Shown here piece after piece: positions 1 to 8,781 of a stretch of 64,000 nt of DNA. The notes below the pieces were generated by a model that saw only the letters and a list, made by a program, of their open reading frames with translations, searched no databases and had not been told where the DNA came from. The stretch comes from Alphaproteobacteria bacterium (GTDB lineage: Bacteria > Pseudomonadota > Alphaproteobacteria > SP197), in contig OZ219747.1 of assembly GCA_964291265.2 (NCBI GenBank), positions 3,520,001-3,584,000 on the forward strand, given 5' to 3'. A program made the position numbers and the translations under genes. The stretch's first letter is position 1. Each line of letters opens with the position of its first letter.

Positions 1-153
1 TACATGGCAACGTATATGGGGGCGTAAGCCCACCGTGTCAAGGGAAAACTTCGCCGTTACATGGGAACATTCTCGCGCCATCATCGCGCTATTTTGCCAA
101 CACAATCAACCGGTTATCGTGACTCTGCCGCTGAAATCGTCCGGAACTTCGGC
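1..153 (-). mobile_element. Left end of an IS1634-family element running off the window (transposase ATG at ~5)
   Basis: AAATCGTCCGGAACTTCGGC at 134-153 followed by TTAA is identical to the end of the element at 330-717; bases 1-70 are homologous to 565-635, where the MYVDIVPNR start lies. Confidence 0.65.
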
Positions 154-866
154 TTAAGCGCGGCCATTCCTGACTTCCGCCGGGCGCAGGGAAGGAAGCA
201 TACCGCGGCATCGGTGCTCACCGTGCACGTGCTCGCCGAGTTCGCCAACATGAAGGGCTGTGTCGCCGCCGCGCAGTTCGCGCGGTCCCTGTCCCAGGAG
301 GAGTTGGAGGCCATCGGCGCCTGGCTTAACCCGAAGTTCCAGCACCGTTCAGACGTATCGTTATGAATGTATTGACGATTGAAAGAATCGCGTGTGTCGC
401 TACTGGGACCGCTAGAGGCGCACGCCGAGGTGGTTCAGGGCTTTTTTATGGAGCGTCGTGGGCCGCGTGGTGACTTGGAAGGGCCGCAGGGTTTCGACGT
501 TCTCCATGGGCCAGGAGGAGAGACTGGTGGCGGGCGGCTCATGCGGTTGGGGACGATGTCCACGTACATGGCAACGTACATGGGGGCAACAGCTGCCTGT
601 GTCAACAGGGTGTTTCACCTTTACATGGGAACTCTTGCATGTTGTCTCTGTACGTTTTTATCAGTAATATCAACTAGTTGGTGTGGTTGTATTGCTAAAA
701 TCGTCCGGAACTTCGGCTTAACCCGAAGACGGGGCTTCGCGAGCCCGTCTCCAAGTCCACCATCCACCGGGTTATCCAGTCGATCGACCCCGAGGCTCTG
801 GAGGATGTGCTCGCCCGCTGGTCCCGGCCGCGGCTTCACCTCGCCCGTGCACTCGCCGCCGACGGC
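154..866 (+). pseudogene. ISAs1-family transposase fragment, split by a MITE
   Basis: AAIPDFRRAQGRKH...AAAQFARSLSQEELEAIGAWLNPK (154-336) resumes after the insert as NPKTGLREPVSKSTIHRVIQSIDPEALEDVLARW...ALAADG (718-866), ending at the first DDE Asp. Confidence 0.7.
330..717 (-). mobile_element. Internally deleted IS1634-derived MITE (~388 bp) with TTAA duplication
   Basis: Inverted ends CCGAAGTTCC / GGAACTTCGG; TTAA at 326-329 and 718-721; minus strand keeps an IS1634-like start (MYVDIVPNRMSRP) joined to a C-terminus (FQVTTRPTTLHKKALNHLGVRL*). Confidence 0.75.
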
Positions 867-1075
867 TGTCGGCGGCGATTTAGAACGGCGGGATTTCGGC
901 GGAGAAGTGCTTCTGAATGTGTGAGTTGGGTGACCACGGTCAGGGCAACGTGCGGCATTGGACGACGTGCCGCGCGGTCTTTGTTTTCTGCCTGTTGTTG
1001 GGTCCCACCCATTGGTCTTTGCGTTGGCGTTGACGATGTTGTTCCGGTTGGCGTTTTGGCGTTCGTCGTCTGTAG
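867..1075 (-). mobile_element. Possible IS21-family right-end remnant
   Basis: Begins TGTCGGCGGCGATTTAGAAC (IS21-like TG terminus) exactly where the ISAs1 frame stops; minus strand has YRRR, resembling the IstB C-terminal SYR motif. Confidence 0.35.
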
Positions 1076-1099
1076 CAAGTGACGTGAGGGGGAGCTTCG

Positions 1100-1308
1100 G
1101 GCTTGGAGATTGAGCCAGAACTCGCCCGAGGTGCCGAAAAACGCCCCAAGCGCAGGACGATATTGCTCGTGACCGACCGTCGGCCGTTGAGAATCTCGGT
1201 TATGCGCTTCACCGGCACTTCAATGCGTCACGCCAACTCCGACACACTCATGCCGAGCGCATCGAGATCCTCACGCAGCGTCTCGCCAAGATGGATGGGT
1301 TCGCCCAT
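1100..1308 (-). pseudogene. higA: HigA-family antitoxin (XRE HTH) pseudogene
   Basis: MGEPIHLGETLREDLDALGMSVSELA*RIEVPVKRITEILNGRRSVTSNIVLRLGRF, frameshift, GTSGEFWLNLQ; GAGGAGG RBS upstream; internal stop and frameshift. Confidence 0.75.
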
Positions 1309-1421
1309 GTCCTGCCTCCTCTCGATGGTAGTTCTTGAGGTGCGCGTCCCGATCCCCGTGCTCGCGGTACCTCCGGAACAAGGAATGCCTGCCGAAGCTC
1401 GCCCTGCGTCCGCCCAAGCGG

Positions 1422-2198
1422 CTACGGTGCGGGTGCCGCCACGAAGCCTTGGTCGGGATGGTCGGCTTCGACCGGACGCCAGCCTTCCGCGTGCAGCAGC
1501 TCCACGACCCGATCATCGCCGAGGTCGGGATACAGAACCAGCCGGTTGTCGGCAAACCTTGCGGACACCTGCCGCCGCTCCAGCCGGGCGTCGCGGTACG
1601 CCGCCGGAACCACCGCAGGCAGCGGAAGGCGCACGTCGGTTCCCATCAGCAAGGAGATAAGGGTGTCCATGCCGGGGTCCGTCGATCCACTGGAGCGGTT
1701 GACGGCGAAGATCACTTGGTCGATGCGCCGGTTGAGGGCGTCATGGTTCTCGGCGGTCCGCTCCTGAAAGGCCCGGAAATCAGCTTCCAGCCGGTCAAAT
1801 CGATGCTCGAACGTGTCGAACCGCTCGCTCAGCGCACCGATACGGGCATCCAGCGCACCAATACGAGCATCCAACCGCTCGCCCTGCGCACCGATACGAT
1901 TGTCGATCTGGCGATCCAGAAACCCGCCGACGGCCAGCAGCACGACAAGGACCGGCCCGTGTTCCTTGATCCAGTTCCAGAAGGCCAAGTGCCCCCTCCC
2001 GCTACTTGTTTTCCCTTCCAAGATAGTCCCGTCGGCCGCCGAGCGCAACGATGCCCCTTCCGGGAACCAAGATCGTTCCACGCTGGAATTCGCTTGATTT
2101 CTCTTGACGTAAGGCGTTTGTATGTTGCAGGCGCGCGGACATTTCCCGCTGGCCATCCCGCTTGGGATGTGCGACGGTCCGGTCATGTCGATTCGCAA
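1422..2198 (-). CDS. Membrane-anchored coiled-coil hypothetical protein (true start probably near 2020)
   Basis: Hydrophobic PVLVVLLAVGGFL followed by heptad repeats RLDARIGALDARIGALSERFDTFEHRFDRLEADF. Confidence 0.55.
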   Translation of the reverse strand: MRIDMTGPSHIPSGMASGKCPRACNIQTPYVKRNQANSSVERSWFPEGASLRSAADGTILEGKTSSGRGHLAFWNWIKEHGPVLVVLLAVGGFLDRQIDNRIGAQGERLDARIGALDARIGALSERFDTFEHRFDRLEADFRAFQERTAENHDALNRRIDQVIFAVNRSSGSTDPGMDTLISLLMGTDVRLPLPAVVPAAYRDARLERRQVSARFADNRLVLYPDLGDDRVVELLHAEGWRPVEADHPDQGFVAAPAP

Positions 2199-2546
2199 GG
2201 GGAGCGATTCTCATACGGGGTAATTTTGTTTAATGTTTCCCGAGTGTCTCATCATATGGGCCATGCCGCCGTCCTTCTCGGAAACATCTATGTAAGTTCC
2301 TCATAAATCGTCCTTTGACAGTCTTCGGAACACCTTTGAACCAATAGTGCTGATGAAACGTAGCTGTGATAACAACCACCGGCACGGGTCAAATTAAGTC
2401 CGAATATGCGTCAAATTCCTGAATTTTGATACAACACACAAAGTAACGTGGCCGGATACTCGACAAACAGCGTACTTTGCAAATACATAACGGGTACTAA
2501 CGACGAACACATTACCCCGTATGAGAACCACACCCTTCGCAAGCGC

Positions 2547-3286
2547 ATGGAAGCTGTCCCGATCCATCAGGAAGCTCCTGAGGGTTTTTCCCGGTCTGAG
2601 GTTGAGGTTCGCCTGGCGAGGCCGGAGGAGCGTCCGCCCCTGGACGCGCTGATGAACGAGTACCACGATCTCGGCTTCCGTCGCCTGGCGGGTCGCGGTC
2701 TGCGCTACCTTGCGACCTTCAGGGGCCATTGGCTGGGTCTGGCGGCGTGGCAGAACGGCGCCTTCAAGTGCGCTCCCCGCGACCAGTGGACCGGCTGGAA
2801 GCCTTAAGCAGCAGTTCCAGCGGCTCGGGGTGGTGGCCAACAACACGCGGTTCCTGATCCTCTCCAAGCCCGGGGTGTTTGCGAACCTTGCTTCTGAGTT
2901 TCCTTGCGTGCATGACGCGCCGGCTCTGTGACGACTGGCTGAAGGTGCACGGCCACGGGGTGCTGCTGGCGGAGACGTTGAAGCGATCCGGAGATCTTTG
3001 CCGGCACGATGTTGAGGGCTGCGGGCTGGACGTGTCTGGGTGAGACCAAGGGGTTTGCCCGCTCCAACGGGCGTTATACCGATCCTCACGGCAAACCCAA
3101 GGATATCTACGTTACGGCACTGAGGCGCGATGCCCGGGCGCTGCTGTCGAGCCCGCTGCCGCTTCCCCCCGACGTGGCGCCGCCCTCATGCCCCGAACTG
3201 GCGCCCCGGGACCCCAAGGTGCTGCGCTCGCTCTACGCTTAAGCGCGGCCATTCCCGACTTCCGCCGGGCGCAGGGAAGGAAGCAT
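2547..3286 (+). pseudogene. DUF4338 (DruA-like) N-terminal part of an ISAs1-type transposase, frameshifted and truncated
   Basis: YHDLGFRRLAGRGLRY...FKCAPRDQWTGW, VANNTRFLIL...NLAS, AAGWTCLGETKGF...KDIYV in three frames, then the same AAIPDFRRAQGRKH as at 154. Confidence 0.7.
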
Positions 3287-3644
3287 GGGTCAGGAATGGC
3301 GAACGCACGACCTCAACCCGTGTTGAGAAACGGACAACATCGCAATCCGATCCTGAATGACGCGGTCTGTTGATGCAGCGAAGTTTCGGCTGTGCGACGG
3401 CGACAGGCCCGTTGAACCGGAGGCAGCACGGCAGAGGTGCGGAGTGCCTGGCGCGGACCGTCTTGGGGGAAGCAACCGGAGTTCGGCGAGGTCGAGAGGG
3501 GAACGGGAACTCACAGGAGACGGTCTTGCCGGCGAGGTTGCGGGGGATGACGCACCTCTGCCAACGCGCCCTTTGTGTGCCCCGGTGGTGCGGCTCGCGG
3601 CGGATTGCCGGCATTGATCGTGGTTCGGGACATCCCGGGTGAAT

Positions 3645-4694
3645 TCACTCAGGCGACGGGCGGAGTTCCTGGCAGGGGAAGACGAGAACGGAATCGTGGT
3701 CGAAGCGAATTCTGACGTCACTGCCAGGTTCCGGTGCGGTCTGGCCCAGGATGCGCGCCCGCAGTGTCTCGCCGTTCGCGAGGCGCAGGGAAACGAGCGT
3801 GGAATGGCCGACCAGCCGGCGTTCGATCACCCGTGCGCCGGGACCCTCGCCTTCGGGTGCGAGGTGCAGACCTTCCGGGCGAATCAGGACATCCACCCTC
3901 TGGCCGCTGACGAATCCGTCAACCAGGACATCGCCCACCGGTGAGCGGACCCGGCCGGGAACCGCAGTGCCATGCAGCCAGTTGACGTCACCGAGGAAGC
4001 GCGCCACGAAGGCCGTCGCCGGGCGCCGGTAGATCGCGCCCGGTGTGCCCGCCTGGAGCAGTCTGCCGCCCTGGAGCACGGCAATGCGGTCGCCGAGATA
4101 GAGCGCTTCCTCGGCGTCGTGGGTGACAACCAGTGTTGTCGTCCCGATGCCGCGCAGGACCTGGAGAGTCCGGTCCCTCACCGATTCACGCAGGCGCACG
4201 TCGAGACCGGAAAACGGCTCGTCGAGCAGCAGGATGCGTGGCCTTGGCGCCAGCGCCCGCGCCAGGGCGACACGCTGCTGTTCACCACCCGACAGCATGT
4301 GCGGGTACTTCTGCGCGTAGCCGCCGAGACCGACCATGTCGAGAAGGTCCGCGACCGTGGATGTCGCCTGCCGGCGCCCGCGCAGGCCAAAGGCGACGTT
4401 GTCGGCGACAGTGAGATGAGGGAACAGGGCAAACTCCTGGAACACAAGACCCACGCCCCGTTCTTCGGGTGGCCGGTGGACGCCGTTCCCGGCGACCACT
4501 TCGTCGCCGATGCGAATCTCTCCGGTCACAAGGGCCTCGAGTCCGGCGGCAAGGTGCAGGGCGGTGGTCTTGCCGCATCCCGAGGGGCCGACCAGGCACA
4601 TGACTTCGCCGTCACCAATCTCGAGATCGACTTGTTTCAGGGCTTCTTCACCGGCCCAGGAATGGCTGACGCCGCGAAAGGACAATCCGGGCAT
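3645..4694 (-). CDS. ABC transporter ATP-binding protein (FbpC/PotA type)
   Basis: GPSGCGKTT, LSGGEQQRVALARA, LLLDEPF, VTHD and a C-terminal TOBE-like region. Confidence 0.9.
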   Translation of the reverse strand: MPGLSFRGVSHSWAGEEALKQVDLEIGDGEVMCLVGPSGCGKTTALHLAAGLEALVTGEIRIGDEVVAGNGVHRPPEERGVGLVFQEFALFPHLTVADNVAFGLRGRRQATSTVADLLDMVGLGGYAQKYPHMLSGGEQQRVALARALAPRPRILLLDEPFSGLDVRLRESVRDRTLQVLRGIGTTTLVVTHDAEEALYLGDRIAVLQGGRLLQAGTPGAIYRRPATAFVARFLGDVNWLHGTAVPGRVRSPVGDVLVDGFVSGQRVDVLIRPEGLHLAPEGEGPGARVIERRLVGHSTLVSLRLANGETLRARILGQTAPEPGSDVRIRFDHDSVLVFPCQELRPSPE

Positions 4695-4774
4695 GAAACA
4701 TCCGCATGCTGATCACGCGGCGGGGATGCTATCTGCAAGCAGTTCTTATTTTCAAGTCTTGCGTTGCGCTCTTT

Positions 4775-5356
4775 TCAGGACGGCTCTTCCTCGGCGTCCC
4801 CGGAGTCTCCCGGCAGGGGCAGATGCGGCCTGCTGTCGAGCAGCCCCGCGGCCAGCAACTCGTCGCGTCCCGGCAGGTCGTCCACCGATTCAAGACCGAA
4901 GTGTTCGAGAAACTCACCGCTGGTCCGCCACTGCAGGGGCCTGCCCGGTGTGCGCCTGCGTCCCGCCGGACGGATCCAGCCAATCTCCAGGAGGAGATCA
5001 AGCGTCCCTCGCGACAGTGAAACGCCCCGGATGCCCTCGACCTCGGCACGGGTCACGGGCTGATGATAGGCGACAATGGCGAGGGTCTCGAGGGCAGCCC
5101 GCGACAGCCGACGGCGGCGTTGGGACCGGATCCTGAGAACCGCGCCAAGGTCCGCCGCCGTGCGAAAGGACCACTTGCCGGCAATCCGCACCGGTTCGAC
5201 ACCCCGTCCCCTGTAGTCCTCTGCAAGCTGACCCAGACAGGCCCCGACATCAGCGTCCACGCCGAGCCGCGAGGCAATCTCCTTCTCGTCGACAGGGCGG
5301 GGCGACGCGAACAGCAGTGCTTCGACGATACGCACATCCCGAGTCGGCGCCTTCAT
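4775..5356 (-). CDS. scpB: SMC-Scp complex subunit ScpB
   Basis: VEALLFAS, LSRAALETLAIVAYHQPVTRAEVEGIRGV, FLEHFGLESVDDLP. Confidence 0.95.
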   Translation of the reverse strand: MKAPTRDVRIVEALLFASPRPVDEKEIASRLGVDADVGACLGQLAEDYRGRGVEPVRIAGKWSFRTAADLGAVLRIRSQRRRRLSRAALETLAIVAYHQPVTRAEVEGIRGVSLSRGTLDLLLEIGWIRPAGRRRTPGRPLQWRTSGEFLEHFGLESVDDLPGRDELLAAGLLDSRPHLPLPGDSGDAEEEPS

Positions 5357-6135
5357 GGTCCCCGCCTTCTGATCTCGACCGGTTTCCAGGCGCCATCCTG
5401 GCGCAGTTCCGCCTTCCCCTGACGGGCCAGTTCAAGCCCCGCCACCAGGGTCGAACTGACAACGGAGCGATAGTAGAGGCCGCTGTGCAGGTCTTCGGGA
5501 AGCAGACAGGTGATCTCCTTCCAGTCGGGCAGGTCACCGAGCATCGCTTCGAGGCGATGCAGCGCCGCCTCCACGGAGAACACCTCGACAGGCTCCGGAC
5601 GCCAGTCCTGCCGCTTTGCACGCTGAAGGAGTTCGCCATAGGCCCTGAGCAGGCGCCAGAGGGACTCGCGCCACACGTCCTGGGTTTCGACGGGCAGGTC
5701 TTCAGCGTGGCCGCGGCGAAAGACGTCACGATCGAGAAGGGGAAGCGCCATGAGCGCCCGGGCGCTGTCCCGCATCGACTCGAGCCGGCGCAGCTGGAAC
5801 TGCAACGCCTCGGCCATGAGTTCCGGTGACGGCTCTTCCTCCTCTTCCCTGGGGATGAGAAGCCGGGACTTGAGGTAGGCAAGCCAGGCCGCCATGACGA
5901 GGTAGTCTGCGGCAAGCTCGAGATGGTGGTGACGGGCCCGGGCCACGAACGCAAGGTACTGATCCGCCAGATCCACCATGGATATGCGGGCAAGATCGAC
6001 CTTCTGCTGACGCGCCAGGGCCAGGAGGACATCGAGCGGACCTTCGTAGCCCGCCACATCCACCCGGAAGACCACGGACGGACCGGGCACAGGGCCCGCC
6101 GCGTCTTCGGCAAAGTCCTCATCGGTCACCCGCAT
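5353..6135 (-). CDS. scpA: Segregation and condensation protein A
   Basis: YEGPLDVLLALARQQKVDL, AADYLVMAAWLAYLKSRLL; overlaps scpB. Confidence 0.93.
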   Translation of the reverse strand: MRVTDEDFAEDAAGPVPGPSVVFRVDVAGYEGPLDVLLALARQQKVDLARISMVDLADQYLAFVARARHHHLELAADYLVMAAWLAYLKSRLLIPREEEEEPSPELMAEALQFQLRRLESMRDSARALMALPLLDRDVFRRGHAEDLPVETQDVWRESLWRLLRAYGELLQRAKRQDWRPEPVEVFSVEAALHRLEAMLGDLPDWKEITCLLPEDLHSGLYYRSVVSSTLVAGLELARQGKAELRQDGAWKPVEIRRRGP

Positions 6136-6163
6136 TCCCGCCTCGATTCCAGAGGACCGGCCA

Positions 6164-6853
6164 TCATACCATCGCGATGGCAATGATGGCGCCAATGATG
6201 GCCTCGACCGGAGGCAGGAGGAGACGGGAGAGAATGTTGATGTCAAGCCCGATCTGCTCTCCGATGAGGGGCGGCAACGCGATGAGGGCGACAAGGATGG
6301 CGATTCCGTATCGTTCGATGCGTTGGAAGCGCATCGCCAGGGGCGCCGAAAGAAGGCCGGTCACCACGCGCCCGCCATCGAGCGGTGGCAACGGCAGCAT
6401 GTTGAAGACCGCCAGCACGACGTTGATGATCAGCGCATTCCTCAGGTTGGCGGCAAGCCAGGCGGAGGCCGCATCGGGGACGAGGGCCACGAGGTGAAAG
6501 GCGAGCGCCGCCGCAAGGGCCATCAGAAGATTGATGGCCGGACCGGCCGCCGCTACCAGGACCATGTCGCGGCGCGGCCGGTCGAGACGATGGAACCGCA
6601 CGGGGACCGGCCGGGCATAGCCGAACAGGAACGGCGCCTGGAAGAGGAGCAGCATGCACGGCAGCAGAATCGTTCCGAACCGGTCGATGTGCTTCAGGGG
6701 ATTGAACGTCACCCGTCCCATGAGCCTCGCCGTGTCGTCCCCGAGTTTCCACGCCGCCCAGCCGTGCGCCGCTTCGTGAAGTGTGATGGCGGTCACCACC
6801 GGCAGGGCCCAGACCGAAACCAGCCACAGGATTCCCTCCACGTCGAAGCTCAT
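6164..6853 (-). CDS. Site-2 protease (M50) membrane metalloprotease
   Basis: HEAAH, AAAGP..N, FNMLPLPPLDGGRV. Confidence 0.92.
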   Translation of the reverse strand: MSFDVEGILWLVSVWALPVVTAITLHEAAHGWAAWKLGDDTARLMGRVTFNPLKHIDRFGTILLPCMLLLFQAPFLFGYARPVPVRFHRLDRPRRDMVLVAAAGPAINLLMALAAALAFHLVALVPDAASAWLAANLRNALIINVVLAVFNMLPLPPLDGGRVVTGLLSAPLAMRFQRIERYGIAILVALIALPPLIGEQIGLDINILSRLLLPPVEAIIGAIIAIAMV

Positions 6854-7842
6854 GGCCCGGCCACCAGATGCACGAGTTCGGCGCGCGCCGCACCCGGGTC
6901 AAACCCGGGTTGCGGCGGACGGCGCATTGCCGCCGCTCTCGTCACCCGCTCCAGGGCCGCACCGACGAGCTCCGGCGTTGCAGCGGCAACCCGCTCACGC
7001 ACGTCAAGGGACTGGTTGCAGTGCATCACCAGGTCGACTCCGGCGGCGATGCACGATCGGGCCCTTGCTTCATGAGGACCGCTCAGCGCCTCCATGTCAA
7101 TCGCGTCACTCACCAGCACACCGGCAAAGCCCAGTTCACCACGAATGATGCGCCGCACCACATCCGGTGATGCCGAAGCCGGATTCCGGCTGTCGATGGC
7201 CGTGTAGACGACATGGGCCACCATGCCGAAGGGACTGCCGGCCAGACGTCGGAAGGGAACGAAGTCCCGTTCCCGCAGAACAGCGAGATCCGCCTCGACG
7301 CGCGGCAACCTGTGGTGTGGGTTCTCAGTCACTCGGCCGTGGCCTGGCATGTGCTTGATCGTCGCCTGCACGCCGCCGGCGCCAAGGCCGTCGACGAAGG
7401 CCGTTCCGAGGTCGCCGACACGGTCGGGGTCGTGGGAGAAGGCACGATCACCGATGACATCGTCCATGCCGGCGAGACGCAGGTCGAGCGACGGCGCGCA
7501 GGTGACGTCGATGCCCAGTGACGCCATGTCGTGGGCCAGCAGGCGACCGGCAAGCCGGGCGGCCCTCTCCCCTCCCCGGGCAATCGTGGCAGGAGGAAGA
7601 CCAGACCACCAGTGCGGTCCCCGGAGACGTGCCACCCGCCCCCCTTCCTGATCGATCATGACCGGCGCGTCCTGGCGCCCGACGATGTCGCGGAAGGAGG
7701 CCACGAGATCACAGACCTGGAGCGGATCGGCGATGTTGCGGCTGAACACAATGATGCCCAGTGGATCGAAGGCGCGGAGGAAGGATCTCTCTGGCGCCGT
7801 GATGGAGGTTCCGGCGATATCGGTGATGAGAGCGCGCGGCAC
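6850..7842 (-). CDS. nagZ: Beta-N-acetylhexosaminidase (GH3)
   Basis: IDQEGGRVARL, KHMPGHG, SDAIDM. Confidence 0.92.
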   Translation of the reverse strand: MPRALITDIAGTSITAPERSFLRAFDPLGIIVFSRNIADPLQVCDLVASFRDIVGRQDAPVMIDQEGGRVARLRGPHWWSGLPPATIARGGERAARLAGRLLAHDMASLGIDVTCAPSLDLRLAGMDDVIGDRAFSHDPDRVGDLGTAFVDGLGAGGVQATIKHMPGHGRVTENPHHRLPRVEADLAVLRERDFVPFRRLAGSPFGMVAHVVYTAIDSRNPASASPDVVRRIIRGELGFAGVLVSDAIDMEALSGPHEARARSCIAAGVDLVMHCNQSLDVRERVAAATPELVGAALERVTRAAAMRRPPQPGFDPGAARAELVHLVAGP

Positions 7843-7846
7843 GGTG

Positions 7847-8689
7847 TCAGTGCGTCACGACAAGGCAATCAAGGCCACGCTCGACAGCGGCAGCGCACAG
7901 ATCCTCGGCGTTCTGTTTCGCCTCGAATTCGCCGATGGTGACGCGGAAGAACAGGCTGCCGTCGACGGATGTCCTGGTGATGATGGCCTCCATGCCGCCA
8001 AAGAGATCGTTGTGTTCGCGATGCAGCCGGTCCCAGGCGGCCACTGCCGCTTCCTCACTGGAAAGGGAAGCAACGCGGACACCATAGCGCCTTTCGGAGC
8101 CGATTTCCGGATCGCCGACAGCCTCTTCCCCAAGGGAGGCGGCAACATCCGAAAACGACAATGAACCTGTCCCGGCGGCATCATCGGCAGCCAGGGCGTC
8201 CGGTCTCCAGTCCACTTGTGGCGCCGACGGCCTGTCCCCTGGCAGGGGAGGCACCAGGGGAGGACTTTCGTCGAGAGCCTCGTCGACCATGGCCGTGACC
8301 TGATCGGCATCAAAGATCGGTTCCGCCGCCACCCCCTCGATGGCGGACTCCAACGGCGCCTCGGTGACATCGACGACCTCGTCCCTCACCTCCCGCGCTC
8401 CGGTATCGAGTACAAGTGGTTCCTCCGGAGGAGGCATCAGAACCTCATGCCCTTCCGTCTCCTCTCCGTTGGCGGTGGTTTCGAGAACCAGGATGCCGGT
8501 GTTGGGAATCTCCGATACATCGGCGGTTTCCGGCGCCACCCGGAAGGGCGCGGGATCGGCCCGGAACACCGCAACTTCCCTGTCTTCGATACCGCCCCTG
8601 TCAAGCCAGGCAAACCACGCGACGACACCGGCAGCCAAGACAACCAGGAACAGCGCGATGACGAGGCGCCGCATTCCGTTCCGTCGCAC
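7847..8689 (-). CDS. SPOR-domain membrane protein (start may extend to CTG at 8785)
   Basis: N-terminal TM helix, acidic linker, C-terminal SPOR-like domain; usual position between argS and nagZ. Confidence 0.85.
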   Translation of the reverse strand: MRRNGMRRLVIALFLVVLAAGVVAWFAWLDRGGIEDREVAVFRADPAPFRVAPETADVSEIPNTGILVLETTANGEETEGHEVLMPPPEEPLVLDTGAREVRDEVVDVTEAPLESAIEGVAAEPIFDADQVTAMVDEALDESPPLVPPLPGDRPSAPQVDWRPDALAADDAAGTGSLSFSDVAASLGEEAVGDPEIGSERRYGVRVASLSSEEAAVAAWDRLHREHNDLFGGMEAIITRTSVDGSLFFRVTIGEFEAKQNAEDLCAAAVERGLDCLVVTH

Positions 8690-8781
8690 GGGCGCCGTCC
8701 CCTCCTCCAGGGCGGGAGTCTCCGTTCCTTCCCGGGGTTCGGGTCCTCCACCGGCGAAGAGCGTTGGTTCGCGGCGGTCGA

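Noticed and set aside
2547-3242. Druantia defence system
   Set aside because: No druB-E genes; the domain is broken and linked to an ISAs1 transposase
3287-3640. Structured ncRNA or IS end (TCAGGA...TCCTGA)
   Set aside because: Only a 6-bp inverted match, with no recognisable family
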